A program made the position numbers and the translations under genes. Positions 63,346-64,000 of a stretch of DNA of 64,000 bases are shown here, in pieces. Within the stretch, counting starts at the first letter, position 1, and the number at the start of each line of letters is the position of its first letter. The notes under the pieces were generated by a model. That model was given only the letters and a program-made list of their open reading frames with translations, was not told where the DNA came from and made no database searches. This DNA comes from an uncultured Negativicutes bacterium. Lineage in GTDB: Bacteria; Bacillota; Negativicutes; JBAXTZ01. Location: the NCBI GenBank assembly GCA_963721525.1, contig CAVRJL010000015.1, positions 1-64,000 on the forward strand. The letters are read 5' to 3'.

Positions 63346-64000
63346 TTAAATTTGTTTTTCTAAATTTTTTTCTACCCCTTTTATAATCCAATCTGGAGTC
63401 GATGCTCCAGCTGTTATTCCTACTATATTTTTATTTTTAAACCATTCGATTTTTAATTCGTCAGGTTGTTCAATATGGTAAACTATACAAGAAAATTGTT
63501 TGCATAATTGAGCTAGATGTTTTGTATTAGCACTATGCTTTCCACCTATTACTAACATTATATCACTTTGTTTTGCAACTTCCACTGCTGCTGCCTGACG
63601 TCTTATTGTTGCTAAACAAGTTGTTCTTTTTACTTTTATGTTTTTACATCTTTTTTTAAACTCAGTTATTATCGCATTAAATTGCTCACCTATAAAAGTG
63701 GTTTGCGCTACAATACCCACGCAATCTAATGTTGGTAGGTTATTTACTTCATCTACATCTCCTATTACATAATAATTCCTTCCAGACCACTCCATAATGC
63801 TTTTTACCTCCGGATGGTTTTTATCTCCGACTATTATAACATGTTTAACCTCCATAGCCGATTTATAAGCTTCATTTTGTACTTTTTTAACATCAGGGCA
63901 AGTGGCATCTACTATTTTAAAATTTTTCTTTCTTCCTATTTCATAAATTTTAGGGCCCACTCCATGAGAACTTATTACAATTGTTCCTTCATTTTTTTCT
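63346..64000 (-). CDS. ispH: HMBPP reductase IspH (5' end outside window)
   Basis: SHGV, VDATCP, HPEV, AQTT, TCLAT, SANT, GITAGASTPDW. Confidence 0.97.
   Translation of the reverse strand, partial: EKNEGTIVISSHGVGPKIYEIGRKKNFKIVDATCPDVKKVQNEAYKSAMEVKHVIIVGDKNHPEVKSIMEWSGRNYYVIGDVDEVNNLPTLDCVGIVAQTTFIGEQFNAIITEFKKRCKNIKVKRTTCLATIRRQAAAVEVAKQSDIMLVIGGKHSANTKHLAQLCKQFSCIVYHIEQPDELKIEWFKNKNIVGITAGASTPDWIIKGVEKNLEKQI

Overview
Very AT-rich (roughly one quarter G+C by eye) chromosomal segment of an anaerobic Firmicute. Protein signatures (PBP2, EF-P, SpeD-like, DUF1292, psd/pssA) point by inference to Negativicutes. It shows hallmarks of a reduced, host-dependent genome. Housekeeping genes are intact, as are shikimate, MEP, Fe-S, peptidoglycan and tRNA-modification genes and an [FeFe]-hydrogenase. 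They are separated by eroded spacers holding still-readable gene ghosts (pepQ-like, argR, recN, DUF1292, ylqD, ylxM, FtsK gamma domain, rpsA). Regulators and riboregulators are lost. aroQ and tlyA are frameshifted at A9 tracts and ygiQ is split. RNA genes: 7 tRNAs, tmRNA and a shortened SRP RNA. Coding strand switches from + to - at about 21.85 kb. No CRISPR, intact mobile element or prophage was seen. Most unusual items: an intact but catalytically dead AdoMetDC (SpeD) homologue, possible slippage-rescued genes, a gamma-less FtsK with a degenerate dif-like site, and loss of the S1 half of the ispH-rpsA fusion.
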